Program-made: the position numbers and the translations under genes
Assembly (NCBI RefSeq): GCF_001194135.2
Contig: NC_068992.1
Coordinates: forward strand, 39,932,659-39,968,832
Direction: 5' to 3'
DNA: 36,174 nt
Source: Octopus bimaculoides
Taxonomy: Eukaryota
The notes under the pieces: model-generated
What the model saw: only the letters and a program-made list of their open reading frames with translations
Database searches by the model: none
What the model was told of the DNA's origin: nothing
Shown: piece by piece, positions 34,835 through 36,174 of the stretch
Layout of the letters: the number at the start of each line of letters is the position of its first letter
Position numbering within the stretch: position 1 is the stretch's first letter

Positions 34835-35085
34835 GTGGAGGCGCGTTGCTTAGTGGTTAGTGTGTCAGCATCATGATCGTAAGATTGTGGCTTCGATTCC
34901 TGGACGGGGCAACGCGTTGTGTTCTTGAGCAAAACACTTCATTTCACGTTGCTCCAGTCCAGTTAGCTGGCAAAAGTGAGTAGCGCTGCGATGGACTGGC
35001 GTCCCGTCCAGCTGGGGAACCCATACACCATTGAAACCGGGAAACCGGCCCATGAGCCTTGTTAGGGCTTTAAAAGGGCGAGAAT
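34835..35085 (+). mobile_element. SINE family B with gcgatggactggcgtcccgtccag tail
   Basis: gtggaggcgcgttgcttagtggttag head, ggcttcgattcc B-box, central domain shared with the copy at 11258. Confidence 0.9.
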
Positions 35086-35294
35086 GCATGTATGTATACT
35101 GCATTGAGGTGCAAACTAAATCTGCATGTGTATGTGCAAATACATACATATGTATAAATACAGGTGTGATTATATGCAGATAAGTATATACATACATACG
35201 TATGTATGTATGTATGTATGTATGTATGTATGTGCATGCTCTGAATCCTGTAGAAAGTCTGTAAACTTAAAATATCTATCTATCTATCTATCTA

Positions 35295-35345
<51 letters not shown>

Positions 35346-35539
35346 GAGAGGGGGGGAGAGAAAGAGAGAGAGACAGAAAGAGAGAGAGAGAAAGAGAGAG
35401 AGACAGAAAGAGAGAGAGAATGAGAAAGAGAGTGCGATATAAACAGTTGTATAAAACAAACTTGTTTGTTTACATACGACATCTAGCGTTCCTGGATGAA
35501 TCTATAACTTTTTAAATTGCAGAAGAATTTGGCGGTCAG

Positions 35540-35614
35540 GCGGTTTAGCTTTAATGGTAAAGTATTCTAACCAGATATTAGAGGGATGTGAGTTCGATCC
35601 TCATGGCTGGCTGC
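35540..35614 (+). pseudogene. tRNA-like sequence (tRNA pseudogene or solitary SINE head)
   Basis: A-box tagctttaatgg, anticodon-like stem tctaa/ttaga, T-arm gtgag-ttcgatc-ctcat. The acceptor stem is imperfect. Confidence 0.45.
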
Positions 35615-36139
35615 TAACAAATTTTTCTGCTTTTAAAAAGAAAAAAGGAGTTTATCCTTTATATCTATACTGTTCAGTATCTATGCGTTGAATAAAATTT
35701 CTCTTTCTATATGCATGTATATTTATACACATATACGCATATATGAATATATATGTATGTTTATGTATATACATACATGTATGTGCGCGCTCTATACTGT
35801 CATACAGAAAATATCCTTAGCTATTTCTCCATCACTATGTATACAGACAGAAGAAAGCAATTTGCCTTTATATTATATACACTATCTTTGTTGAGAGAAA
35901 CAAAGGAACCAGACCGACTGTTTGAATGCAATACTGAGATTTCGTCAGTGACTGAGAACCCTTAGCTCTTCATAGTGAAACGATTTATTAACCTACTATT
36001 ATTAAAGGCTTAATCAAATCGAATAGACAGATTTGCATACGCGACGCATTCTTGCAGCTTTTTCGATAAATACAAAACCGGTGTGCTGCCAGTATTTTGT
36101 TCAAACATTATATTGTACTAGTGTACATGTGCGTGTGTG

Positions 36140-36174
<35 letters not shown>

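Noticed and set aside
35912-35952. Minus-strand CTGACGA...(tc)AAAC motif
   Set aside because: GAAA is absent and stems II and III are poor. It can only be revisited with a family consensus.
1-36174. CRISPR arrays, rRNA, intact tRNA genes or prokaryotic operons
   Set aside because: There is no repeat-spacer periodicity or rRNA-like sequence; the tRNA-like pieces are SINE heads or degenerate, and the DNA is clearly eukaryotic repeat-rich.

Overview
Repeat-saturated, AT-rich eukaryotic window with nine N-gaps and no host protein-coding gene that I can support. The SINE families, microsatellite load and gap style suggest a cephalopod, probably Octopus; this is inferred from my recognition of the sequence, not from a search. 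Contents: (i) a 3.7-kb Ty3/Gypsy LTR retrotransposon (22403-26103) with short TG..CA LTRs, PBS, PPT and 5-bp TSD but no protease, nested in an hAT-like element that appears to split an RTE LINE; (ii) several Tc1/mariner remnants, MITEs and a non-autonomous Helitron; (iii) L1/Tx1 and Penelope-like (PLE) ORF remnants; (iv) many tRNA-derived SINE copies with modular bodies and tails. The best candidate for something novel is a type I hammerhead ribozyme motif (17352-17437) with a palindromic stem III. It lies in a ~250-bp fold-back whose upstream arm is antisense to the 3' half of the ribozyme. A second, degenerate hammerhead-like motif lies at 13605-13638 (-). Most ORFs in the supplied track are microsatellite or N-gap artefacts.
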